Origin: Candidatus Pampinifervens sinense
GTDB taxonomy: Bacteria > Aquificota > Aquificia > Aquificales > Aquificaceae
Length of the DNA: 64,000 nucleotides
Direction: 5' to 3'
NCBI GenBank assembly: GCA_037927135.1
Contig: JAXSPP010000007.1
Span: 32,001-96,000 of the forward strand
Below the pieces are notes generated by a model. The model worked only from the letters and a program-made list of their open reading frames with translations. It was not told the DNA's origin and made no database searches. Positions 49,894 to 58,158 of this stretch are shown piece by piece; within the stretch, counting starts at the first letter, position 1; the number at the start of each line of letters is the position of its first letter. The position numbers were made by a program, and so were the translations under genes.

Positions 49894-50633
49894 AGCCAGC
49901 TCCTTATGTTTTTATTAAAGCCGTTAAAAGACAACCTCAAAAGCTCCCTTAGGTCTTCTTCTTCTATTCCAAGCCTCTCATAGGCTTCCTTTAGGGCCAA
50001 AAGGTTAGGATTTTCTATGGGTCCATAACAGCCATAGCATCCCCTTTTAAAGCTAGGACATAAGGCACCACAGCCTGCCATGGTTATTGGCCCAAGGCAG
50101 GGCCTCTGGTAAGCCACCATCACGCAAGGAATTGCCTTCCTTTTGCACTCAAGGCACAAAGGATAAGAAGGTAGGTTTGCAGACCTGTTTTCAAGGAAGG
50201 CCATAAGGACCTCTCTGAGGTGTTCCTTGTTTATGGGACAGCCCCTTATTTCTAAATCCACCTTTACAAAGTCCGACAGGGGCCTTGATTGTGGGTTTAC
50301 ATCATACTTTTGAGAATAAACGGAAGAATAAAGGCTTAAAAAGTCTTCAAAGTTCCTCGCCGACTGGATGCCACCGGAGACGGCACAGGCCCCAATGGCT
50401 ATCAAAAACCTACAGCTTTCCCTTATCTTCCTTATCCTCTCTTCCTCCTCCGGCGTAGACACAGACCCCTCCACAAAGGCAAGGTCAAAAAAGCCCCATC
50501 GGTTTGCAGACTGCGCCTCAAGGAAATATTCTATGCTTACAATTTCGGAAAACTTAAAAAACTCCTCTTCCAGTTCAAAGAAGGCAAGCTGACAGCCATC
50601 GCAAGAGGAGAACTTAAAGACGCCTACCCTCAT
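49890..50633 (-). CDS. Group 3b hydrogenase small (delta) subunit
   Basis: SCDGCQ, VEGSV, IGACA..GG, GCP, C.ECK, PCLGP.T.AGC.A.CP...GC.GC. Confidence 0.9.
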   Translation of the reverse strand: MRVGVFKFSSCDGCQLAFFELEEEFFKFSEIVSIEYFLEAQSANRWGFFDLAFVEGSVSTPEEEERIRKIRESCRFLIAIGACAVSGGIQSARNFEDFLSLYSSVYSQKYDVNPQSRPLSDFVKVDLEIRGCPINKEHLREVLMAFLENRSANLPSYPLCLECKRKAIPCVMVAYQRPCLGPITMAGCGALCPSFKRGCYGCYGPIENPNLLALKEAYERLGIEEEDLRELLRLSFNGFNKNIRSWL

Positions 50634-51424
50634 ACCTCCTTCCTTTCAAAGTATTCCTTTATCAAATCATACCTAAATATGGGCCCATCCTTGCAGACGA
50701 AGTAGGGCCCTATCATACAGTGCCCGCAGGTACCCACAGAACACTTCATATGCCTCTCAAGGGAAGCATAAATTCTATTCTCTTCAATTCCCTTCTCTTT
50801 TAGAAGGCTTACGCAGGCCTTTACCATAGGGTCTGGACCGCATATAAAGACTAAAGAATCCCTTTCAATATCCAATTCCCTCAAAAGGTCTGTTATAAGC
50901 CCCGTTTTGCCCTTCCACTGTGGATGAGAGGTGCCTATTATGGCCCTAAAGTCCGCCTTTGAGGACCACTCCTCATAAAGATACTTATACAGAAGGCTGT
51001 CGTAGTCCTTTGAGCCATAAAGGTGTATTAGCCTTTTTATGGGCCTTTTCATGGCCTCTTCAAAGACCCATCGGGTTGCCGCAAGGCCAAGGCCACCAGA
51101 GAGGATAAGGAGGGTTTTTCCATAGGCCTCTTCCAAATTCCACCTGTTGCCATAGGGTCCTCTCCAGTATAGAAGGTCTCCCTCCCTCAGGCTATCTATA
51201 TACCTTGTCACATCACCCACAGCCCTCACCGTATGGACCAGATAGCCTTCCCCCTTACTTGCTATGGTTATGGGTGCCTCGCCCCTTCCGAAGGCATAAA
51301 GCATGTTATACTGTCCAAATTGTGCCTCCTCCTCTGTGGCAATATGAAAGGTATAAACACCCTCACACTCCTTTATCACCCTTATTATCCTTGAGGCCTT
51401 TAGCCTGTAAGGGTTTTCAACCAT
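50630..51424 (-). CDS. Group 3b hydrogenase gamma subunit (FAD/NAD(P)-binding, 2Fe-2S)
   Basis: GQYNML, RGPYG, GGLGLA, CGP, ERHMKC.VG.CGHC....VCKDGP. Confidence 0.9.
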   Translation of the reverse strand: MVENPYRLKASRIIRVIKECEGVYTFHIATEEEAQFGQYNMLYAFGRGEAPITIASKGEGYLVHTVRAVGDVTRYIDSLREGDLLYWRGPYGNRWNLEEAYGKTLLILSGGLGLAATRWVFEEAMKRPIKRLIHLYGSKDYDSLLYKYLYEEWSSKADFRAIIGTSHPQWKGKTGLITDLLRELDIERDSLVFICGPDPMVKACVSLLKEKGIEENRIYASLERHMKCSVGTCGHCMIGPYFVCKDGPIFRYDLIKEYFERKEV

Positions 51425-52523
51425 GGGCAAGCCTTTTTACCTCCTGTCTTATGTCTATGCCCGCAGGACACCATGTGATACACCTTCCACAGCCCACACA
51501 GCCAAAGCTATCAAACTGGTCCACCCAATAGGCAAACTTATGCATAAGCCACTGCCTATATCTGGAGTGGATGCTCTGCCTGATATTAAATCGGTGGACT
51601 GTGGCAAAGGAAGGAGAAAAGCATGAGTCCCAAAGCCTTACCCTCTCACTACAATCTGATTCTAAGCTGTTTCTCTCCACTATATCAAAGCAAAAGCAGG
51701 TGGGACAAACTTGCGTGCAAGAGGTGCAAGCAAGGCACCTTTTCTCAATATGCTCCCAGTAGTAACTATCCATCTTACCATAAAGCCTCTGTGCTAGCCC
51801 TTTTCTCTCAAAAAAGTTCTCCATAGAATCCTTCAGGTCCTTTAACCTCCTTTCCTTCTCTTCAAAGTGTCTTTCCTCTGCCCTCTCCTTCTTCTCCAAA
51901 AGGCTAACCATCTTCTCACCCCTTTCTGAACCCACCTCCAAAAGGAAAGAATCCTCCAGCTCTGTGATAAGGAGGTCAAAGCCATCTTTTACCTCTGGAC
52001 CAGTGCCCATTGTATTACAAAAGCAGGTGGAGGTCCTATAGGTGCAGTTTACGGCCACTATGAAGGCCCTTTCTCTTAGGCTCTTGTAGTATGGGTCTGG
52101 GTGTGAGTTCTTTTCAAGGAAAACCCTGTCAAGAATTTTTATGGCAGAAAGGTCGCAAGCCCTCACATCAAAAAAGCAGTACTTTTCTTCTACCCTCTCC
52201 ATCTCGAAGCTTAAAGCCCCATCGGACCTTTTTACCTTCATAAGCCTTAGTTCCGGTGGATGCAAAAAGGCTTTTGGAGAGTTGGCAGGATGGGTGTAGG
52301 TAAAGTAGCCATTTGAAGCCTTCTCAACAGCATAAAGGGCAGGTCCTTCTACATTTTTGTAGCCCAAGGCAAGGCTTTCAAAGTCTTTAACATGGTCGTA
52401 TACCAAAAGGCCATCCCTCAAAGTTGGAGCAATAACCTTATAGCTTTCGCTAAGAAGATAAAAGAGCTCCCTTAACCCCTCAATCCCTATTATGTAGCCT
52501 TTGCCTTTTCCTTTGCCTTCCAC
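51417..52523 (-). CDS. Group 3b hydrogenase beta subunit (4Fe-4S)
   Basis: [40 protein letters not shown]. Confidence 0.9.
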   Translation of the reverse strand: MEGKGKGKGYIIGIEGLRELFYLLSESYKVIAPTLRDGLLVYDHVKDFESLALGYKNVEGPALYAVEKASNGYFTYTHPANSPKAFLHPPELRLMKVKRSDGALSFEMERVEEKYCFFDVRACDLSAIKILDRVFLEKNSHPDPYYKSLRERAFIVAVNCTYRTSTCFCNTMGTGPEVKDGFDLLITELEDSFLLEVGSERGEKMVSLLEKKERAEERHFEEKERRLKDLKDSMENFFERKGLAQRLYGKMDSYYWEHIEKRCLACTSCTQVCPTCFCFDIVERNSLESDCSERVRLWDSCFSPSFATVHRFNIRQSIHSRYRQWLMHKFAYWVDQFDSFGCVGCGRCITWCPAGIDIRQEVKRLAHG

Positions 52524-53602
52524 CTCAAATATTCCTCTATAAATGGGTCTATCTCTCCATCCATCACAGCGTTCACATCACCTATCTCTAGACCAGTTCT
52601 AAGATCCTTTACAAGCTGGTAGGGCTGGAACACATAGGACCTTATCTGATGGCCCCACCCTATGTCCGTCTTTTCTCCTTCTAGGGCCTTCTTCTTCTCC
52701 TCAAGCTTTTGAAGCTCAAGCTGGTAGAGTTTAGCCTTCAAAAGCTCCAAAGCCTTTATCCTGTTTTGGTATTGAGACCTTTCCTGCTGGCATGTTACCA
52801 CTATGCCCGTTGGCTTGTGCCTTATCCTCACCGCCGTGTCCGTCTTATTTACATACTGGCCTCCAGCACCGCTGGCCCTGAAGGTCTCCATCTCAATGTC
52901 CTCTTCCCTTATCTCTATGTTTATGCTTTCATCTATCTGTGGCATGACCGAAACGGAAGCAAAGGAGGTGTGCCTTCTTGCGTTGGCGTCAAAGGGTGAA
53001 ATCCTTACAAGCCTGTGGACTCCATGCTCTCCCTTCAGATAACCGTAAGCATATGGCCCCTTTATAAGAAGAGTTGCGCTTTTTATGCCTGCCACATCGT
53101 CTGGGTTGATATCCACCACCTCCACCTCATAGCCATGCCTTTCCGCCCACCTTTTGTACATCCTCAAAAGCATACTTGCCCAATCGCAAGCCTCCACACC
53201 GCCCGCACCAGCCTGTATGGTAAGGTAGGCGTTCTTTGAATCCATCTCCTCAGATAGAAAGGCCTTTATCTCAAGGTCCCTAATGGGCTTTTCAAGCCTG
53301 TTTAACTCCTCCATCAGCATCTGTATGGTTTCAAGGTCCTCTTCTGATGTCTCTTCCAAAAGCTCCTCTATATCCTTAAGACTTCTTTCTATCTCCTCAA
53401 TCTCCTTTAGGTTCTCCTCAAGCCACTTCCTTCTTTGTGTTAGACTCTTTGCCTTTCCCTGATCGTTCCAAAAATCGGCAGAAGCCATACTCCTGTCTAT
53501 TCTCTCAATCTCCTCCCTAATGGATTGCACGTCAAGGGTGGTTTTTATATCCTCAAACTTATCCTTCAATATATCAAGCTTTTCTCTCACCTCAGTCAGC
53601 AT
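52490..53602 (-). CDS. prfB: Peptide chain release factor 2 (no frameshift needed)
   Basis: SPF tripeptide (RISPFD), GGQ, WG.QIRSYV; continuous ORF from ATG 53602. Confidence 0.95.
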   Translation of the reverse strand: MLTEVREKLDILKDKFEDIKTTLDVQSIREEIERIDRSMASADFWNDQGKAKSLTQRRKWLEENLKEIEEIERSLKDIEELLEETSEEDLETIQMLMEELNRLEKPIRDLEIKAFLSEEMDSKNAYLTIQAGAGGVEACDWASMLLRMYKRWAERHGYEVEVVDINPDDVAGIKSATLLIKGPYAYGYLKGEHGVHRLVRISPFDANARRHTSFASVSVMPQIDESINIEIREEDIEMETFRASGAGGQYVNKTDTAVRIRHKPTGIVVTCQQERSQYQNRIKALELLKAKLYQLELQKLEEKKKALEGEKTDIGWGHQIRSYVFQPYQLVKDLRTGLEIGDVNAVMDGEIDPFIEEYLRWKAKEKAKAT

Positions 53603-53621
53603 AGAATTTAATATTAAGCGC

Positions 53622-54104
53622 ATGGTAAGGGAGATGCAACTCTCCGACTTGGAAGAGGTCCTAAGGATAAGTAAAGAGTGCTTTAACTCAGATGCATGGA
53701 GTAAACAGGCCTTTGAAAAGGAGTTCAACCTTGACTATTCCCACAGGTTCGTCCTAGAGGAGGAGGGTGAGATAATAGGCTATGCGGTAGTGTGGCAGAT
53801 GTACGATGAGGCCACCATCATGTCCATAGCCATAAAAAAAGACAGGTGGGGAAGGGGCTACGGCAAAAGGCTTATGGAGTTCATCATAGAATACTTTAAG
53901 GGCAAGGTAAGCAGAATTTTGCTTGATGTGAGGAGGTCCAACATAAGGGCCATAAGGCTCTATCAGTCCCTTGGCTTTAAAATAATATCCGAAAGGCGTG
54001 GCTATTATTCCGATGGTGAGGATGCCTTTTTGATGATACTTGATCTGGAGGAGAAAGGTGGAGATAAAGGGAAGGCCCTTGAAGCTGTTAATACCGGAGG
54101 ATAA
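53622..54104 (+). CDS. rimI: Ribosomal-protein-alanine N-acetyltransferase (GNAT)
   Basis: W.GRGYG, LDVR.SN..A..LY...[12 protein letters not shown]. Confidence 0.88.
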   Translation: MVREMQLSDLEEVLRISKECFNSDAWSKQAFEKEFNLDYSHRFVLEEEGEIIGYAVVWQMYDEATIMSIAIKKDRWGRGYGKRLMEFIIEYFKGKVSRILLDVRRSNIRAIRLYQSLGFKIISERRGYYSDGEDAFLMILDLEEKGGDKGKALEAVNTGG

Positions 54105-54582
54105 GATCCTCCAAAGGGTAAAGGAGTTGGCAAAGGAGATAGAGGACTATTTTGCAGGCCCCTTTTTTGTGGTAAGCCTTCTAAAGGGTGCCTTTATCTT
54201 TACGGCGGACCTGATAAGAAGCTTTAGCATTCCTGTGCAGGTGGACTTTATATGGGTCTCCAGCTATGGCTCCTCTCAAGAGAGTCAAGGGCATGTAAAG
54301 GTGATAAAGGACCTAGATAGGGACATAGAGGGGCTAAGGGTTCTTTTGGTGGATGATATCTTAGACACGGGCTATACCCTTGAGGAGGTCTACAGGCTTC
54401 TCAAGCTAAAGGGTGCAAAGGAGGTAAAGACCTGCGTCCTTTTGGACAAAAAGGAGAGAAGAAGGGTGCCCTTTGAGGCGGACTTTGTAGGCTTTGAGGT
54501 GCCAAACCTTTTTCTTGTGGGCTATGGTCTAGATTGGGACGAAGAGGGCAGGAATCTGAGGGGCATATACGCAGTGCTTTAG
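54058..54582 (+). CDS. hpt: Hypoxanthine phosphoribosyltransferase
   Basis: LLKGAFIF.ADL, VSSYG, LLVDDILDTG.TL, VGYGLD; GTG start after GGAGG. Confidence 0.93.
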   Translation: MEIKGRPLKLLIPEDKILQRVKELAKEIEDYFAGPFFVVSLLKGAFIFTADLIRSFSIPVQVDFIWVSSYGSSQESQGHVKVIKDLDRDIEGLRVLLVDDILDTGYTLEEVYRLLKLKGAKEVKTCVLLDKKERRRVPFEADFVGFEVPNLFLVGYGLDWDEEGRNLRGIYAVL

Positions 54583-55163
54583 CCTATATCCTCTATGCTT
54601 ATGCCTACGGCACCAGCCCTAAGCATCTCCTCTATGGCCCTTTCCGAGTCTCCAGGGTTTACATCCACACCCTTTATACCATCAAGGAGGAGAAAGGCCT
54701 CATAGCCAAGGTTTATAGCACCAAGCACGGTGTTTTTCACACAGTAATCGGTGGCCACACCACCCACAAAGACTCTCCTTATACCCCTTTCCTTTAGAAG
54801 GCTGTCAAGAATGGTTCCTTGAAATCCAGAGTAGGCGTCAAAGTCTTTACTTGTGCCCTTTGATATAATAAAGCGGTTGTCCTGTGGTATAAAAAGGTCC
54901 TTATGGAACATGGCCCCTTCCGTGTTTTGAACGCAGTGAGGAGGCCACACACCCCCTTGCTCTTTGAAGGATATGTGGTCCGGTGGATGCCAATCCCTTG
55001 TAAAGAATACGGGAAGCCCTAAGGAGTTGAAAAGCTTTGTGTATTGGTTAAGCCTTGGTATTATCTTGTCTCCCTCTGGCACTGGAAGGGCTCCTCCCGG
55101 CATAAAATCCTTTTGCATATCCACCACTATAAGCGCATCCTTTGGGCCAAGCCTTATCTTCAT
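54579..55163 (-). CDS. pncA: Nicotinamidase/pyrazinamidase
   Basis: VDMQ.DF.PGGAL, DWHP..H.SF, WP.HCV, GVATDYCV. Confidence 0.92.
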   Translation of the reverse strand: MKIRLGPKDALIVVDMQKDFMPGGALPVPEGDKIIPRLNQYTKLFNSLGLPVFFTRDWHPPDHISFKEQGGVWPPHCVQNTEGAMFHKDLFIPQDNRFIISKGTSKDFDAYSGFQGTILDSLLKERGIRRVFVGGVATDYCVKNTVLGAINLGYEAFLLLDGIKGVDVNPGDSERAIEEMLRAGAVGISIEDIG

Positions 55164-55804
55164 GGCAAAACCTCCACAGGTATCTCATCTTTTAATTTAA
55201 TCTCTTCAAGGCTGACAGAACATCGGTAGGCCCTTGCCTCCAAGCCAAGCTTTACATACCTCAGAAGGGCTTCAGAAAACTTTGGATCCACACGCCAGTT
55301 GGGAGAGAAGGCTCTGCAGTCTTCCCTTTGGACCACAAAGACCACAAGAGGCTCATATCCTTCCATTGAAAGCTCAATAAGCTTTTCAATATGCCTTCTT
55401 CCCCTTTCTGTGGGTGCATCTGGAAAAAGGGCAATGCCATCCTCTACCAAGTTTACAGACTTTACCTCCACAGGCCTATGGCCTAAAAGCAGGTCAAACC
55501 TTTTATCACCAAAGGTAGGTTCAAAGGAGACTGGAACTTTTATATACTCTGCATAAAGCTTTGGAGCAATATGAGAATCAATGCAAACAAGGTAGTCTTT
55601 AAACTCTGCAAGGACTATTTCAAAGGAGTGTTTTCCTTCTTTCCTTTTTGCCACATAAACTTTATTGCCCTCAAATAGGAGCTCCTTTAGCCTTCCCGTA
55701 TTCCTTATGTAGGCTGTATAATCTTTGCCTTCAAACTCTATAAGCCCTACAAACCTGTTTAACCTTCTTTTGAACTTTGCTTCCTTTAGCTCTGGAAATC
55801 TCAT
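55160..55804 (-). CDS. sfsA: SfsA family DNA-binding/nuclease-like protein
   Basis: R.NRF, NTGRL.EL, VEVKSV.L, FPDAPT.RG.RH, FVVQR. Confidence 0.9.
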   Translation of the reverse strand: MRFPELKEAKFKRRLNRFVGLIEFEGKDYTAYIRNTGRLKELLFEGNKVYVAKRKEGKHSFEIVLAEFKDYLVCIDSHIAPKLYAEYIKVPVSFEPTFGDKRFDLLLGHRPVEVKSVNLVEDGIALFPDAPTERGRRHIEKLIELSMEGYEPLVVFVVQREDCRAFSPNWRVDPKFSEALLRYVKLGLEARAYRCSVSLEEIKLKDEIPVEVLP

Positions 55805-55809
55805 TTTTT

Positions 55810-55835
55810 AGAAAGGCCCCACCTGGCGGTGGGGC
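55810..55835 (-). terminator. GC-rich hairpin, probable intrinsic terminator/attenuator
   Basis: GCCCCACC-GCCA-GGTGGGGC followed by CTTTCT; A-run on the other side. Confidence 0.6.
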
Positions 55836-55896
55836 AAAACAGTTAGGGGAGGGAGGGGGAGGGAGTTTCTCACTTCCCCCAACTTCTCTATCTAAG
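55810..55896 (-). ncRNA. Candidate small RNA or structured leader with a C/U-rich loop
   Basis: 10-bp stem 55884-55875/55850-55841 enclosing CUCCCUCCCCCUCCC; promoter upstream, hairpin downstream. Confidence 0.5.
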
Positions 55897-55902
55897 TCTA
55901 AA

Positions 55903-55930
55903 ATTATATCCAATAATTTCCTTTTGTCAA
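55903..55930 (-). promoter_or_regulatory. Consensus sigma70 promoter TTGACA-N16-TATAAT
   Basis: TTGACA at 55930-55925, TATAAT at 55908-55903. Confidence 0.75.
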
Positions 55931-55941
55931 CTTGTAAAAAA

Positions 55942-56652
55942 TTAAAGTCTTTTCAAGGATGCATGCCACATAGCTATAGCTCCAGCAGAAGAAACGTTTA
56001 AAGAGTTTATCTTTCCCACCATCGGTATGGAGACCACAGCATCCGCTATTTCCAGAAGGCTCTTTGATACACCCTCTCCCTCCGATCCTAGCACAAGGGC
56101 ACAGCCTTGAGGAAAGTCAAACTCCCTTATATCCTTACCACCCCTTTCTATAGCTATGATCCAGCCACCCATCTCTTTAAATTCCTTCAAGGTCCTTGCC
56201 AGGCTACCCACCTTTGAAAGCATAAGGTAGAACACCGCACCAGAGGATGCTTTAACCACCGTTTCATTGATAGGACAGGCCCTATCCCTAGGTATTAAGG
56301 CACCTACACCACCAAAAACCTCGCAGGTCCTCAAAAGGTTTCCCACATTTTGAGGGTCTGTGATGTGGTCAAGGACTAGGAAAAAGGAACCGCTTTCCAA
56401 GGTCCTTTTAAAGAGTAGGTGAGGCTCCACATACTCTATGGGACTAAGGATAGCCAAAATGCCTTGAGTTTTCTTTGTGCCAGAAAGCTCCTCTATTTTT
56501 TGTCTTGGCACCTTTTGTATCTTAATACCCCTTTCTTTGCATAGCTTTACCACTTGATAAGGTGGATGGGAATCGTGTGCCACAAGCACCTTCTCTACAG
56601 ACCTTCCAGAACGTAAAGCTTCTATCACCGGATTCTTCCCATAAACTATCAT
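55942..56652 (-). CDS. rlmB: 23S rRNA Gm2251 methyltransferase (TrmH family)
   Basis: YG.NPV.EAL, QGI.A, DPQNVG...R, LGSEGEG, SLNVS.A. Confidence 0.9.
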   Translation of the reverse strand: MIVYGKNPVIEALRSGRSVEKVLVAHDSHPPYQVVKLCKERGIKIQKVPRQKIEELSGTKKTQGILAILSPIEYVEPHLLFKRTLESGSFFLVLDHITDPQNVGNLLRTCEVFGGVGALIPRDRACPINETVVKASSGAVFYLMLSKVGSLARTLKEFKEMGGWIIAIERGGKDIREFDFPQGCALVLGSEGEGVSKSLLEIADAVVSIPMVGKINSLNVSSAGAIAMWHASLKRL

Positions 56653-57698
56653 AGCTTTATTACACCACCTCCAAGCAATACATCATCCTCGTAAAAAGCG
56701 CATACCTGACCGGGAGTGATGCCCTTTATAGGCCTTTCAAACCTCACCACATATCCATCCTCTGTTCTTTCTACATCCTTTACCTCCACCATTTGACTCC
56801 TATACCTCACCTGCGCCTTTGGCCTCTCCCACAGGTTTATGTCAAGATGGAAGTTTATATCCTCAAGCAAAAGCCAATCTCTATAAAGCTCCTCCTCCCT
56901 GGAGAGATAAACTATGTTGTTCTCTGGGTCTATGGAATGCACATAGACGGGAAAGCCAAGGGCTATGCCCAGTCCCTTCCTCTGACCCACCGTGTAGTGG
57001 AAAAAGCCCCTGTGTTTACCCACAGGCCTTCCCTCAAAGTAAAAGTAGCCTTCCTTAGATCCTACCTTCTCTTCTATGAACTCCCCCGGCCCCCTTCCCA
57101 TAAGGAAGCACACATCCTGAGAATCCCTCTTGTCCCATACGGGAAGGCCCCTATCCCTTGCTATCTTCCTTACCTCCTCCTTTGTTAGACCTCCTAGGGG
57201 AAACTCTAAAAGGTCCAAATGCTCCCTCTTTACCAGGCTCAGAAAATAAGACTGGTCCCTTTTGAGGTCCATTGCCCTCCCTATAAGCCTCTCACCCTTA
57301 TACTCCACAAACCTAGCATAATGACCTGTGGCAAGCTTGTCTATGTTGGCCACTTTTCTGAGATAGTCTGCAAGGAAACCAGTCTTTACCTCTCTGTTGC
57401 ATATAGCACATGGGTTTGGGGTTTTTCCAGAAAGGGACTCCTTCAAAAAGTAATTTATGACCTTCTCCTCAAATACCTTCTCCCAGCTTAGTGTTATGTG
57501 GGGTATTCCAAGGTATTCTGAAACCCTTGCTGCATCCCTCACATCCTCTGGAGAACAGCAAACCCTAAGATCTTCTGTAGAACACTCAAGCTGGTGAAAC
57601 CTCAAGGTTACACCTATGACCTCATGTCCAGACTCCTTCATGAGGAGCGCGCAAACACTGCTATCTACACCACCACTCATACCTACAGCCACTCTCAT
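56649..57698 (-). CDS. mnmA: tRNA 2-thiouridylase
   Basis: MSGGVDSS, TPNPC..CN, ATGHYA, DQSYFL, DSQDVCF, YTVGQRKG, TPGQ. Confidence 0.96.
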   Translation of the reverse strand: MRVAVGMSGGVDSSVCALLMKESGHEVIGVTLRFHQLECSTEDLRVCCSPEDVRDAARVSEYLGIPHITLSWEKVFEEKVINYFLKESLSGKTPNPCAICNREVKTGFLADYLRKVANIDKLATGHYARFVEYKGERLIGRAMDLKRDQSYFLSLVKREHLDLLEFPLGGLTKEEVRKIARDRGLPVWDKRDSQDVCFLMGRGPGEFIEEKVGSKEGYFYFEGRPVGKHRGFFHYTVGQRKGLGIALGFPVYVHSIDPENNIVYLSREEELYRDWLLLEDINFHLDINLWERPKAQVRYRSQMVEVKDVERTEDGYVVRFERPIKGITPGQVCAFYEDDVLLGGGVIKL

Positions 57699-57709
57699 AA
57701 GGAAATAAT

Positions 57710-58123
57710 TTAGACCCCAAAGAACCTTTTCATAAAGCTTATAACTTCTGAGCTTTCCTCTTCCATCTCTAGCCCAAGCTTTATTATCCTATCTGGATTG
57801 TCCTTTTCCTTCAAAAGCCCAAGGCTTATGGCTGTTTGCAGCTTTTCTATAACACTTTCAGAAATATGTATCATAGTCTGATCAAAGCCAAACCTTTTAT
57901 ACAGTTCAAACCTCTCCCTCTCCCCCTTCTTCATCATACTCCTGCAAAAGGCGCATATCTTCCTCCAAGTGTTTAAGGTCCTCTCCCAATCATCCCTTGG
58001 AAGGTTTTCCAGCTCAAGCTTTATCAAGTCTATGAGTGAGCTCCTAAGATAGGCTTTAAAGCCTTCCGGCGTCCAGTTTTGATCATCCTCCTTTTTTAAA
58101 AGGCCAGTTAGATCAATTTTCAT
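57710..58123 (-). CDS. Hypothetical protein
   Basis: 137-aa ORF divergent from serA. Confidence 0.7.
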   Translation of the reverse strand: MKIDLTGLLKKEDDQNWTPEGFKAYLRSSLIDLIKLELENLPRDDWERTLNTWRKICAFCRSMMKKGERERFELYKRFGFDQTMIHISESVIEKLQTAISLGLLKEKDNPDRIIKLGLEMEEESSEVISFMKRFFGV

Positions 58124-58158
58124 GTTATTCTAATATATACACCTTTTGGAGGTTAGGC

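Noticed and set aside
53520-53728. Apparent 200-bp head-to-head overlap of prfB and rimI
   Set aside because: Artefact of longest-ORF calling; family-consistent starts are 53602 and 53622.
55731-56001. 60- and 74-aa ORFs over the sfsA-rlmB gap
   Set aside because: Low-complexity Pro/Gly translations of the G/C-rich RNA structure that overlap real genes.
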